From: Octopus vulgaris
Taxonomy: Eukaryota
DNA length: 64,000 nt
Assembly: GCA_951406725.2 (NCBI GenBank)
Contig: OX597832.1
Span: forward strand, 21,204,001 to 21,268,000
Reading direction: 5' to 3'
The translations under genes were made by a program, and so were the position numbers. The notes beneath the pieces were generated by a model that did no database searches, was not told where the DNA came from, and was given only the letters and a program-made list of their open reading frames with translations. Positions 14,411 to 26,954 of the stretch are shown here, in pieces; positions within the stretch are counted from its first letter, which is position 1; the number at the start of each line of letters is the position of its first letter.

Positions 14411-14520
14411 CAGATTATATTTCTTCCGTGTGGACCCTCGCAACAGTATCTGACCGGTTGTGTATTTTTGCATGTATGTGTGTGTGTATGTATGTATGTA
14501 TGTATGTATGTATGTGTGTA

Positions 14521-14563
<43 letters not shown>

Positions 14564-14834
14564 TTGTAATAATTCAGTTTTATTTCCATATTTCTTACCA
14601 ATGGAGTAAGAACCGGTCTCTAACTTAGATCCAAGGTTCCTTCATTGGAATTTCAACATCAACAAGGTATATATGTATGTATGTATGTATGTGTATGTAT
14701 GTATGTATGTATGTATGTATGTATGTATGTATGTATGTATGTATGTATGTATGTATGTATGCATGTATGTATGTATGTATGTATGTATACGTGCAGATTT
14801 GTATGTTTTATTTTATGTATGTATTTTTATGCAT

Positions 14835-15310
14835 GTGGAGGCGCAATGGCCCAGTGGTCAGGGCAGCGGACTCGCGATTGTAGGATCGCGGTTTTGATTC
14901 CCAGACCGGGCATTGTGAGTGTTTATTGAACGAAAACACGTAAAGCTCCACGAGGCTCTGGCAGCGGGTGGTGATGAACCCTGCTGTACTCTTTCACCAC
15001 AACTTTCTCTCACTCTTTCTTCCTGTTTCTGTTGTACCTGTTTTTCAAAGGGCCAGCCTCGTCACACTCTGTGTCACGCTGAATCTCCCCGAGAACTACG
15101 TTAAGGGTACACGTGTCTGGAGTGCTCAACCACTTGCACGTTAATAAATGAGCTTTGCCTTTCCCTTGGATAACACTGGTGTCCTGGAGAGGGGAGGCTG
15201 GTATGCGTGAGTGACTGCTAGTCTTCCATAAACAACCTTACCCAGACTTGTGCCTCGGAGGGTAACTTTCTTGATGCAATCCCATGGTCATTCATGAACG
15301 AAGGAAGTCA
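14835..15310 (+). mobile_element. SINE-C (tRNA-Arg-like head) with composite tail
   Basis: GGAGGCGCAATGGCCCAGTGGTCAGGGCAGCGGACTCGCG...GGTTTTGATTCCCAGACCGGGC: A/B boxes, TCG in the anticodon-like position. Confidence 0.85.
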
Positions 15311-16535
15311 CAACATGCATGTACTTGCATGACAAGACATGCTCGTATATACGTAAATGAGAAACTTCTGAAAGTTTCAGATTTTACAGTTCCAGTATGT
15401 ATGTATGTATGTATGTATGTATGTATGTATGTATGTATGTATGTATGTATGTATGTATGTACGTACGTATGTATGTACGTGTAATCATACAGGAGAACAG
15501 AATATTAAAAGGAGAGGAAAAAATGGAGACAGAGAAAAAAAGTAAAGTTAAACAATTTCAAGGCTTTTGATTGGTCGACTGATTGACAGCATGTTATGAA
15601 TGAATGAGTCGGCAATTGTAGCTGTGTCTGTGTGTGCGCGCTTATGAGGGCACACATGTACGTGCATGACTGAGTGTGTGTGTGTGTGTGCATGCGCGCG
15701 CTCATGTAGGATGTTTCAGTACGTGTATATATATATATGTGTGTGTGCGTGTGCGTGAGTATTTGTGTTTGTACGAATGTGTGTAGGTGTGTGTGTGTGT
15801 GTGTGTGTGCGTGTAACTTAATGTTGCTTCGTGTATGTATGTATATATGTATGTATGTAGATCTGGTTAGCATGTGTGTGTGTGCGCCTGCATATGTGTA
15901 TGCGTGCGTTATAAGTGAGTGTTGTGTATGTGTGTGAGCGTGAGTGTCTTCATGTGTGTGTGTGTACGCTTGGAAATGTGCATGCGTGTACGCTTATAAA
16001 TATGTGTACGTGTGTGTGTGTGTGCGTGCGTAACCATCTGCATGTCTGCATGTGTGCATGAGTGCTTGTAAGTGTGTGTGTATGGGGGGCATGAAGGCCT
16101 GCGTGTGTGCATGTGTGGATATGTGTGTCTGTTAGTGTGTATGTGCGCGCACGTGTGTGCGTGTGTCTGCTTGTCTATATGGGTAAGCGTTTTGCCTAAG
16201 CGTTCATCTGTTTGTGTTAATGCTCGTGTGTGCGTGAGTGCATGTGCATGTGTGTGTGTAGCCGTCTGTCTCTGATTGTGTATGCCTGTCTGTCTCTTTG
16301 TCTGTCTGTCTGTATATATACCTATACGTTTTGCAGGTGTGTGTGTGGGGAGGGATCTGTTCATGTATACTTGCGCGTGTATGCGAGTGTGTCTGTGTGT
16401 GCGTGTGAGAGAGAGAGAGAGAGCATGTGTGTATGTGTGTGTACGTGTGTGCGTGATGTGCACACACGCGTACTGTTCGCGTTTTTGTCACTATGTTTGT
16501 ATGTCTGTGAAATGCATGTGTGTATGTATGAGTGT

Positions 16536-16808
16536 GGTGGAGGCATATGGCCCAGTGGTTAGAGCAGCGGACTTGCGGTCGAGGGATCGCGGTTTCGAAT
16601 CTCAGACCGGGCGATGTGTGTGTTTATGAGCGAAACACCTAAGCTCCACGCGGCTCCGTCACAAGGTAATGGCGAACTTCTGCTGACTCTTTCGCCACAA
16701 CTTTCTCTCACTGTTTCCTCCTGCATCTTGCAGCTCACCTGCGACGAACCGGCGTCCCGTCCATGTGGAGAACCTATACACCAAGGAAACCGGGAAACCG
16801 GCCCTTAC
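16536..16808 (+). mobile_element. SINE-C head with a V-SINE-like tail
   Basis: Same head, then CCTGCGACGAACCGGCGTCCCGTCC...GAAACCGGGAAACCGGCCC. Confidence 0.8.
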
Positions 16809-17668
16809 GGATTTTTTTGCTTTTCTTTCATGGTTGGTCTTTCATGGCTAGTTTTCCACGGTTCAGTGGTTTTGGGGACTGGTCTTAGAGATCAGAATGG
16901 TGTGAGTGGGTGTGTGTGTGTATATACATGTGTTTGTGTTTGTATGTGTGGGCCGTTTTTGCTTGGTCCCAGGGTTTATTGTGGTGTATGTAAATGTGTG
17001 TGTATATTTAATATTTGGTGGGATGGTGCGTGCATATGTGTGCACGTTTGTGTGTGTGAATATGTGTGTGATTAATATTTATTAGGGTTTGTGTGTGCGC
17101 AATTGTGTGTACGTGTTTGTTCGCGTATGTGTATGTATGCGTCTGTGGGTGTGTGTGTGTGTGTGCATATATGTGTGTGATTGGTATTTGTCATGGTGTT
17201 GTGTGTGCGCATGTGTGTGTATATGTGTTTGTTCGCGTGTGTGTATGTGTGCGTCTGTATTTGCGCGCGTGTATGTTTGTGTGTTTTTTGTGTTGGTGGG
17301 GATGTGTGTGTGTATGTGAGCAATCGTAAGTGTGTGTATGGGTAGTTGTGGATGTGTATGTGTGTGTAAGTGTGTTGTATTTATCAGAGGTTGTGTGTGT
17401 CCATGTGTGTTAGGTTTATCTGGGTGGTGTGTATGTGTGTGCATATGCGTTTTGTGTGTGTTGGTATTGAGTATGCGTTTGTATGTGTGCGTATATATGT
17501 GGGTATGGTTTATGTAATTTCCGTGTGTGCGTGTGTGCGGACATGTGTGTGCTGCATTTGTGAGTGATTTGTTTTGTCTGTATTGTTAGTGCAGTGTGTG
17601 TGTATACGTGTGGGTGTGTTTGTGTGTGTGTCTATGTGTCTTGTATTTGTCAGGGAGATGTATGTCAT

Positions 17669-17705
<37 letters not shown>

Positions 17706-17781
17706 ATGCTTGTGTGTATGTATGTTTGTGAGTGTTTGTTGTGGTTGTTGGGATTGTATTGTGAGTGTATGTGTGTTTTTT

Positions 17782-17820
<39 letters not shown>

Positions 17821-18404
17821 TTTTATTACTGGGATACGGGCGTATTGTGTGTGTGTGTGTGTGTGTGTGTACAGGTGTGCATAAATGCATGTGTGCTTGT
17901 GTGAGTTGTGTTGTAGTTGCGTATTTGTTTGTGTATCTGTGTATGTGTGGGTGTGTTTGTGTGAACGTGATTTGTAATTTCGGGGTGGTGTGTGTAGCTG
18001 AGTGCATGTCCGTGTTTACATGGATTTATGTGACATTTAAACATCGATTAACTGTTGCGCCATATCAACCTAAGTAGCACTTGTAGATAGCTCAGATGCA
18101 CACTCGCATATTTTAGATTTCTGTATGTATATAATGTATATATGTATGCATGTATGTACGCAAGTATGTATGCATATATATATAAGGCGAGGTGGTAGAA
18201 TCATTGTTTTTTTTTATCTTTTAGTCAGAATAGAAATCAGTCCCCAATACCGGATACTGGAGCTTCCATCAATGTCAGGACGGAGAGGAGGAAGGTATCC
18301 TGAGACCGGAAACCAGAGCCAAATTCTTGCACCAGAATGCACTACGCCAGGCGGCGGTGATAAACCGGGCGACGCATTGAGTTTACGACCCATGTTGGAT
18401 AATT

Positions 18405-18635
18405 CCAGGATTTGAACTCAGAACACAAAGGACCGGAGCTAATACGAAAAGGCAATCAGTCCAATGTTCTTGCGGCTCCAGCTCTCTAGATTGAAAATTT
18501 ACTTTTTTATTGACCCTGAAAGAATGAAAGGCAAAACCAGCCTCGATAGGATCTGAACTCAGATAGCAGAGTTAGAGATAATATCACGAAGCATTCTCTC
18601 CAACGCTCTTAACGATCCAGGCAGTTCGTCGCCTT
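18405..18635 (-). mobile_element. Decayed SINE-B copies
   Basis: GATTTGAACTCAGAAC and GACCCTGAAAGAATGAAAGGCAAAA blocks. Confidence 0.6.
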
Positions 18636-18689
18636 GACAACAGGTATTGGTTTGTTTACAGTCCCATGACGTAGCAGTTCGGTAGTCTT

Positions 18690-18863
18690 TTATTTGTTCC
18701 AGTCATTTGACTGCAGCCATGCTGGAGCAGCGCCTTTAGTCGAACAAATCAACCCCAGGACTTATTCTTTGTAAGCCTAGTACCTATTCCATCGGTCTCT
18801 TTTGCCGAACCGCTAAGTTACGGGATCGCAAACATACCAGCATCGGTTGTCACAGCCACAAAC

Positions 18864-18923
<60 letters not shown>

Positions 18924-19095
18924 ATATGTATATACGACGGACTTCTTTCAGTTTCCGTCTAACAAATCCACTCACAAGGCTTTGGCCAGCTCGAGGCTAT
19001 AGTAGCAGACCCTAGCCCAAGGTGCCACGCAGTGAGACTGAACCTGGGACCATGTGGTTGGTAAGCAAGCTACTTACCACACAGCCACTCCTGTG
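18690..19095 (-). mobile_element. SINE-A full length
   Basis: Matches the SINE-A consensus, including the internal microsatellite. Confidence 0.9.
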
Positions 19096-19139
19096 TCTGT
19101 ATAAAGATATATCAAACTTAAATTGATATTGGGTTTACA

Positions 19140-19778
19140 TGTTGGCCAAGGTCCACAATGCCGAGGGGAGTGAGATAAGTCGATTACGCTGACTCTAAGG
19201 CCAGTTTGATTCTTATTTTATTAACCCCGAAAGGATAAAACTTAAAGTCATCCTCGGCGGAATTTGAATTCAGAACATAAAGACGGACGAAATTCCGTTA
19301 AGAATTTTGTCCGGTTCTACAAGCTCGTTGCCTTCAAACTCAAATAAATAATCTTTTCTACTAAAAGCATAAGGCCTAAAATTCGGGGTAGGGGGATAGT
19401 CGATTACAGCGACCCCAGTCCTCAATTGTTGCTTATTTCATCGACCCTAAAAGGATGAAAAGCAAAGTTGAACTCGGAACTTAAGGACGGGCCAAATGTC
19501 GCTAAGCATTTCCCCGGCGCGTTAATGATTCTGACAGCTAGCGACCTTAAACGTAGAAATATTCTTTTCTGCTCTAAGCACAAGACCCGAAATTTTGGGG
19601 GAGGGGACCAGTCGATAAGATCGACCCAAATACGCAACTGCTACTTAATTTATCGACCCCGAAAAAATTAAAAACAAAGTCGACCTCAACGGAATTTGAA
19701 CTCAGAACATAAAGACAGACGAAATGTCGCTAAGTATTTCCCCCGGCGTGCAAAAGATTCTGCCAGCTCGCCGCCTTC
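19140..19778 (-). mobile_element. Three tandem SINE-B copies
   Basis: Repeated B core and head blocks. Confidence 0.85.
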
Positions 19779-20037
19779 GGATTCAAATAAATAATGATGC
19801 ATATTTGATCGACTTAAAACATTAAGGCGGTGCGCTAATAAGGCCGCTGATTTATGTCTTAAGACTAAAAGAGATTTTAGATAAATATTGCATGTTGCAA
19901 TTCTCCAGTGTTTTAAAACTTCTGCTATATCTCCGCCCTAAAAGGGGCGTAGATTCTTGATGTGCTTGAAGTGGGCGACACACCCACCATAAGTAAAAAA
20001 GAAAATTCTTATAGATATTGAATATTAACCTGGTTTT

Positions 20038-20665
20038 AGGCGGCGAGCTGGTAGAAACGTTAACATACCGGGCGAAATGCTTAGAGGTATTTTGTCTGCC
20101 GTTACGTACTGAGTTCAAATTCCGCCGAGGTCGACTTTGCCTTTCATCCTTTCGGGGTCGATTAAATGAGTATCAGTTACGCACTGGGGTCGATATAATC
20201 GACTCAAAATGTTTGTCTGTCCTAGTTTGTCCTCTCTGTGATTAGTCCCTTGTGGGTAGTAAAGAAATAGGTATTTCGTCTGCCGTTACGTTCTGAGTTC
20301 AAATTCCGCCGAGGTCTACCTTGCCTTTCATCTTTTCGGGGGCCGATAAAATAAGTACCTGTTGATCAATGGGGTAGACGCAATGGACTTAACTACAACC
20401 CCGAAATTGCTGGCCTTGTGCCAAAATTTGAAATAAATATCAAACCGATCTGGCGGAATTGCTAGAGCGTCGGGCAAAATGTTTAGCGGCATTTCGTTGG
20501 TCATTACGTTCTGAGTTCTAATACCGCCGAGGTCGACTTTCCTTAACTTTGCCTTTCATTCTTTCGAGGTCAATAAAATAAGTACCAGTTGATTACTGGG
20601 GTTGACATAATCGACTTAGCCTACCTCCACGAAATTGCTGGTCTTGCGCCAAAATTTGAAACCAA
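20038..20665 (+). mobile_element. SINE-B dimer plus monomer
   Basis: Junction AAAGAAATAGG|TATTTCGTCTGCC at about 20271. Confidence 0.9.
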
Positions 20666-21309
20666 TATTAAAACTGAATGAATACTTTCGGTGATGTACT
20701 TTCTAGGCAAGTGATTTGGTGATCTCAGACATGGTCAATTGTAGTGAGACAGTGTCAGTGACCAGGTTGCAGTTGGTGCGACGAAAACGTTGACACGAAA
20801 TAATAAATGTTTAAATGAAGGTAACAGTTTTTGTGAGTTTTTTTTCTTCATTGTAAAATGTGTCTTGCAAGCTGTAATTGATTCGATAATATTATCATAA
20901 ATCGAAACGAAAACTAATTGCTTTGTCTGCTTGCGGTAGCTGTTCCATGATGGAGAATGTTCACACCTACGGCTTGGTAGTATCTTGATGTAGTATTGTG
21001 TGAACGACCGGAGATTATTAAGAGAATGTGAAAAATGAGGACTAAGAGGGGAGGGCCATATTTACACTAGTAAGCATCAGGTGGAAGTTTTCTTACTAAG
21101 AAGTTGCATATACACGCGTATATTTATGTATATGTCTGTCTATTTATCTATCTACCTATTTATCTATCTCTTTATCTGTCTATGTATGTGTGTGTATATG
21201 TGTGTGTTTGTATGTATGTATGCATGTATGTATATATATATATATATGTATGCATGAATGTATTTACGTATGTTTGAAACCTTTATTATTATTATTATTG
21301 TTGATGTTA

Positions 21310-21359
<50 letters not shown>

Positions 21360-21596
21360 TCTTTTTATTGCCGGGTTTGTTGGAACTCCTGGAGTCTTAC
21401 ATGCGTAGTGGGTCTGCTACCTGCAGCCTACGGTACCATGCTATCCGTTCTTTTCATCTATCTAATACCTTCCTGATTATTCTGGCCGTGCCAACGAGGC
21501 AGAACTTTGGTAACAGTTCTACTGGGCACTCTATTCTAATTTCCTTCATATTCCTCTTGATGTCTTCTGATACTGTAACCAAGGACCCAACCTTGG

Positions 21597-21597
<1 letters not shown>
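21360..21597 (-). mobile_element. R4/Dong-like LINE extreme 3' end embedded in (TAA)n
   Basis: VGSLVTVSEDIKRNMKEIRIECPVELLPKFCLVGTARIIRKVLDR* parallels the C-terminus at 4980-5120. (TAA)n lies on both flanks. Confidence 0.8.
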
Positions 21598-21662
<65 letters not shown>

Positions 21663-21764
21663 CATTATTATTAATATTATCATTATTATTGTTGTTGTTG
21701 TGTGACAGAGCAGCGCTCGCCATCAAAATGACACTGGGGTACAAATATACCAACCAAATAACGG

Positions 21765-22181
21765 CATTTCTTTATTGCCCACAGGGGGCTAAACATACTG
21801 GGGACAAATAATGACAGACAAACGGATCAAGTCGATTTTATCGATCCCAGTGCGTAACTGGTACTTATTTAATCGACCCCAAAAGGATGAAAGGCAAAGT
21901 CGACATCGGCGGAATTTGAACTCACAACGTAATGGCAGACGAAATACCTATTTCTTTACTACCCACAAGGGGCTAAACACAGAGAGGACAAACAATGACA
22001 GACAAACGGATTAAGTCGATTCTATTGACCCCAGTGCGTAACTGGTACTTATTTAATCGACCCCGAAAGGATGAAAGGCAAAGTCGACCTCGGAGGAATT
22101 TGAACTCAGAACGCAACGGCAGACGAAATACCGCTGAGTATTTCGCCCGGTGTGCTAACGATTCTGCCAGCTCGCCACCTT
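21765..22181 (-). mobile_element. SINE-B dimer
   Basis: Two units of about 180 bp; junction GACGAAATACCTATTTCTTT at about 21947. Confidence 0.9.
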
Positions 22182-22276
22182 ATTGGATATATGTATTAAC
22201 TGTTGGATAATCTATTTTGAATATTTAACTGCAAACACACCGGTAAAGGTTTGGAGAAATCCCTTACTGAATACCA

Positions 22277-22335
<59 letters not shown>

Positions 22336-22829
22336 ACTTGCAAAATATGCAGTCTGAGTTTGGTCCTGTAAATAGCAAACAACGAGTTTACGTATACTTC
22401 TGTGTGCGCGCGTGTGTGTGTGCGTGTGTGTGCGTGTGTCTATTTGGATTTTCGTCCTTACAAATCCATTTGCTATTTGAATATTAGAACCCATATAGCC
22501 TTGTATATTTTGATAGACGGAGGTATTTGGAAACCCGTCGAAATGGACTCCTCTTGTGAAATTCACTTTGTCTGTCACCCGGTTTGCACGCTGATATCTG
22601 ACCCTTGTGTACATCTGGTAAAATCCGCTCTTCTTGCCAACATTTGGTTCCAGAGCTGCCCTTCATGCTGGTGTGTGGCCACGAAATATGGGGTAGACGG
22701 AAAGAGTGGCGTAGACGGAAAGTGTGGGCTAGACGGAAAGATATCGCTGTTGACTTTCTGTCTTTCATTATGCTGTTTTAAAAAGAAATAAGTAATGATG
22801 ATGATGATGATGATATGGTTTCGACGTCG

Positions 22830-23115
22830 AGCCTTCTATCGCCCAGTAAGCTGAACTGACAACTCGTCAAAGTAACATGCAAACTGGCTGAGTACTCCCT
22901 AGACACGTGTAGCGAAAACGAAATTATGGGATATAACCAGCGTGACTCAATATGTGACAAGACTGGACGCTTGAAATAACAGGTACGGTCCATCCACGTG
23001 ACCTGCTTCCGTACAGTTTTCATTTATTTCATTTCACAAACAGGGCTTAGTGCAACCTGAAGCCGAGTTAGAAAATACTTGCTCAAGAGGCATACAGTAG
23101 GATACGAACCCGGGA
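22830..23115 (-). mobile_element. Old chimeric SINE (A-like head plus the tail shared with the 13583/14835 copies)
   Basis: TGCAAACTGGCTGAGTACTCC...GTGACAAGACTGG...TTGAAATA followed by ATACTTGCTCAAG...CAGTAGGATACGAACCCGG. Confidence 0.5.
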
Positions 23116-23329
23116 ATCTCATACAGACATACAAAGATCACATACAGACCGTTGGCGACTTCTCTTCGTTGGTGTTGTTACTTCATAAATGAGCCAATTA
23201 AAGGAGCCAACACGTGGTCGAAAGACCAGTTAGAAATAGCAACCAAATCTCTCCTCAAACCATATCCTAACGTCTGTAAAATGGAAAGGAGTTTTAGATA
23301 ATGCAGCTATGGATGAACAAACAAACGAA

Positions 23330-23492
23330 GGCGTATGCGTGGTCCTGTGGTAAGAAGCTTGCTTCCCAACCACATGGTTCAAGGTTCAGTTCCGCTCCGC
23401 GGCCCCTCAGGCAAGTCTTCTACGATATCCTTGGGCCGACCAATGCCTCGTGAGTGGATTTGGTAGACGGAAACGGAAAGAAGCACGTCGTA
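23330..23492 (+). mobile_element. SINE-A head half
   Basis: GTGGTAAGAAGCTTGCTTCCCAACCACATGGTTC...GGATTTGGTAGACGGAAAC. Confidence 0.85.
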
Positions 23493-23717
23493 TGTATCCA
23501 TGTATACTGCTAGATATAGCAGCTAAATATATTTCAAAATGACATAACGCCATGAAAGGAGAAAGACTTGTTGAATAACGCAGTCCAGGATATAGAGTTT
23601 GTCTCTGAGAAGGATAAAGAAGATGAGAAGGAAATGGGGGCACGGATGGAACGTCATTGGTGATAAGTCAGTTTAGTCAGACATGACCTGGGAGGGTCTT
23701 CAAAACAAACAATAGGT

Positions 23718-23866
23718 ACTACTACTAACTACTACCATCACCGCCACTACCACCACCACTACTATATTACAACCATCACCACGAATACCACCGGCGATCC
23801 CCCTCCTCCTCCTACAACTACCATTAACAGCACAAGTACCATCACCACTACCACCACCGCCAATAA

Positions 23867-23911
<45 letters not shown>

Positions 23912-24235
23912 AACTACTGCCACCACAACCATCACCACTACTATATTATTACTACTATCACCACAAATACCACCGGCGCTCCTCCTTCTCCTACTACTCT
24001 GTTACTGCTGCTACTACAACTACTACTACTACTACGCACAAGTACGACTATCACCACCGCCAACCATTATCAACACCACAAACACCCATACCACCTCCAC
24101 CACCACCACCACCACCATCACTACCACCACCTCCACCACCACCACCTCCACCACCACCACCACCACCACTACCACCACCACCACCACTACCACCACCTCC
24201 ACCACCACCACCACCACTACCACCACCACCACTAT
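23718..24235. repeat. (ACT)n/(ACC)n trinucleotide low-complexity tract
   Basis: Direct reading. Gives the poly-V/poly-G pseudo-ORFs. Confidence 0.9.
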
Positions 24236-24775
24236 GGTGCACCAGTTGCAAATTTCAACAGATCTGGAGAAGATCCGTTGAAATTTAAGGAAATACTACG
24301 AAGGAGTTCTTGCTGTAGTTACTATTGCTTTGGTTGTTTTTGTTGTTATTGTTGTTGTTTAACAGCAGGCCGACCCTAATCGTGCGTACCTGGGGGCCCA
24401 ATACGTTCCCCGTAACAATTCTTTATAAGGATATTTTTTCCCTCCGGGGATTATTTATAGGGATTTTTGGAAGTGTTTCAAAAGTTTTTTTAGGATCCCT
24501 TTAAAAACATATCGTTGGCGTTCAATACATAGAATAATATCTCGGGGTCACAGCTAAATCCCGAAACCTAGTTACGATGTACTCAATGAAAGCCTTGCCA
24601 CCATTAGGCCCATGTTTAGGGTTGCATTATATGAGGTGTTCCTCATGAAGGTAGGGTGTGTGATTTACATGAATACATATACACGCATGTATGTATGTAT
24701 GTATGTATGTATGTATGTATGTATGTATGTATGTATGTGTGTGTGTGTGTGTGTGTGAATGTATGTATGTATGTA

Positions 24776-24808
<33 letters not shown>

Positions 24809-24847
24809 GTGTGTATGTATGTATGTATATTCTTTTTTTTCTTTTTA

Positions 24848-25685
24848 ATTGTTGCAGTCATTTGACTGTGGCCATGCTGGAGCACCGCCTTGAAGGGTTT
24901 TAGTTGAACAAATCGACCCGAGGAATTATTTTCTTTAAGCCTGGTACTTATTCTATCGGTGTCTTTGACTGAACCGCTAGCATACGGGGACGTAAACACA
25001 CAAATGGTGTGCTAACGATTCTATTTCTTTACTACCCACAAGGGGCTAAACACAGAGGGGACAAACAAGGACAGACAGGCAGATTAAGTCGATTACATCG
25101 ACCCCAGTGCGTAACTGGTACTTAATTTATCGACCCCGAAAGGATGAAAGGCAATGTCGACCTCGGCGGAATTAGAACTCAGAACGTAACGGCAGACGAA
25201 ATACCTATTTCTTTACTAACCACAAGGGACTAATCAATAGAGAGGACAAACAAGGACAGACAAACATTTTGAGTCCATTATATCGACCCCAGTGCGTAAT
25301 TGGTACTTATTTAATCGACCCCGAAAGGATGAAAGGCAAAGTCGACCTCGGCGGAATTTGAACTCAGAACGTAACGGCAGACGAAATACGGCTACGCATT
25401 TCGCCCGGTATGCTAACGCTTCTGCCAGCTCGCCGCCTTTGCTTTGTTTAAATGAGTATTTTTAATGTGTGTTAAGGCGGCGTGCTAAGAAAGGAGCCCA
25501 TCGGGTAGCGGGGTATGTGTGTGTGTTTACGTGTGTGCATGAGTGTTTGTGCGCACGACGGACTTCTTTCAGTTTCTGTCAATGAAATCCACCCACAAGG
25601 CCTTGGTCGGAATGGGGCTAAAATAGAAGACTTGCTCAATGTGCAATGCAGTGGGCCTGAACCCGGAACCATGCGGTTAGGGTAG
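24848..25685 (-). mobile_element. SINE-A split by a nested SINE-B dimer (25020-25439)
   Basis: A tail 24848-25000, A head 25555-25685, with the B dimer (junction at about 25204) between them. Confidence 0.8.
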
Positions 25686-25952
25686 AAAATCAGCACGCCA
25701 GTCCGTTGCAGGGTTCAAAACGAATAATTCTGAAGGCAGGAAAGAAATCGATTATAACCCCACCAACCATCCACCCGCCCCGTACTTGAACTGTATCTTA
25801 TTTTATCGATCCTGAAGAATTCCGCTAAGAACTTTGTCCGTCGCGCTAACGATTCCGCCTGCCCTCCAACTTAAACGACTGATTAACAGGTACCAAAAAA
25901 AGAAAAAAAAAAGAAAAAAATCTAGTTTGTTATTTCATTTCTATGATTAAGG

Positions 25953-26745
25953 AAGGCGGCGAGCTGGCAGAAACGATAGCACGCCGGGCGAAATGCTTGG
26001 CGGTATTTCGTCTGACTATGCGTTCTGAGTTCAAATTCCGCAGAGGTCGATTTTGCTTTTTATTCTTTTGGGGTCGAAACTGTCTAGTACCCTTCTCCAA
26101 AATTTCCCAGCCTGGGCCTATAGTAGTAGTAGTAAGGGATTTATAAAATCAGGGACTGTACCAAACACGTTCTGTAATATTAAAAAGTGGGGCCCTCGTG
26201 TTCCTTATTAAGTGAACCACTACGTTGAAGGACTTCGCAAATAAATATATCGGTCTGATACTTAGACATGTAGAAATAATGGGCTTGGAAAGTAATATTC
26301 TTAGCGTGGTTAAGGTGACAAGCTGGCAGAATCATTAGCGCGTGGTGTAAAATGCATCGCAGCATTTCGTCCGTCGTTACGTTCTGAGTTCAAATTCCGC
26401 TGAGGTCGACTTTGCCTTTCATCGTTTTGGGTTCGATAAATTAAGTACCAGTAAAACACTGGCGTCGATGTAATCGTCTTACCCCCTCTCTGAAATTTCT
26501 CACCTAGTGCGAAAATTTGAAATGAGTATTTTTAATGTGTGTTAAGGCGGCGTGCTGACAGAATCATGAGCATGCCGGGGAAAATGCTTAGCGGCATTTC
26601 ATCCGTCGTTACGTTCAGAGTTCAAATTCCGCTGACGTCGACTTTGCCTTTCATCAATTTGAGATCGATAAAATAAGTACCAGTTGAGCACTGGGACTGA
26701 TGTAATCGAATCACAAGCACCCAAATTCCCATAATTTGAAATCAA
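25953..26745 (+). mobile_element. SINE-B cluster (25953-26130, 26310-26525, 26543-26745)
   Basis: Heads AAGG(C/T)G(G/A)C..GCTG(G/A)CAGAA and B cores. Confidence 0.85.
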
Positions 26746-26954
26746 TATTCTTAACGTGGTTAAGACGATGTCCCGTCTTTCTGTCAGTATATTAGGTGCG
26801 ATTATTTCTTGCGCCCCAAAATTCAACAATGCAGAAACATTCGTCCAGTTTTCAGTGCTACCACTTTTATCACTCACCCAGTCACACATCTACACACACG
26901 CACACACACACACACACACATACACACACACACACACGGCACACATATTTTTTC

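Noticed and set aside
14835-14912. tRNA-Arg gene
   Set aside because: A/B boxes and a TCG are present, but there is no proper acceptor stem and it continues into a multi-copy SINE body. SINE-A, -B and -C heads are not tRNA genes.
22689-22743. 3 x 18-bp repeat containing TAGACGGAAAG as a CRISPR-like or coding repeat
   Set aside because: A simple short tandem repeat with no unique spacers, in a eukaryotic context with no cas genes.
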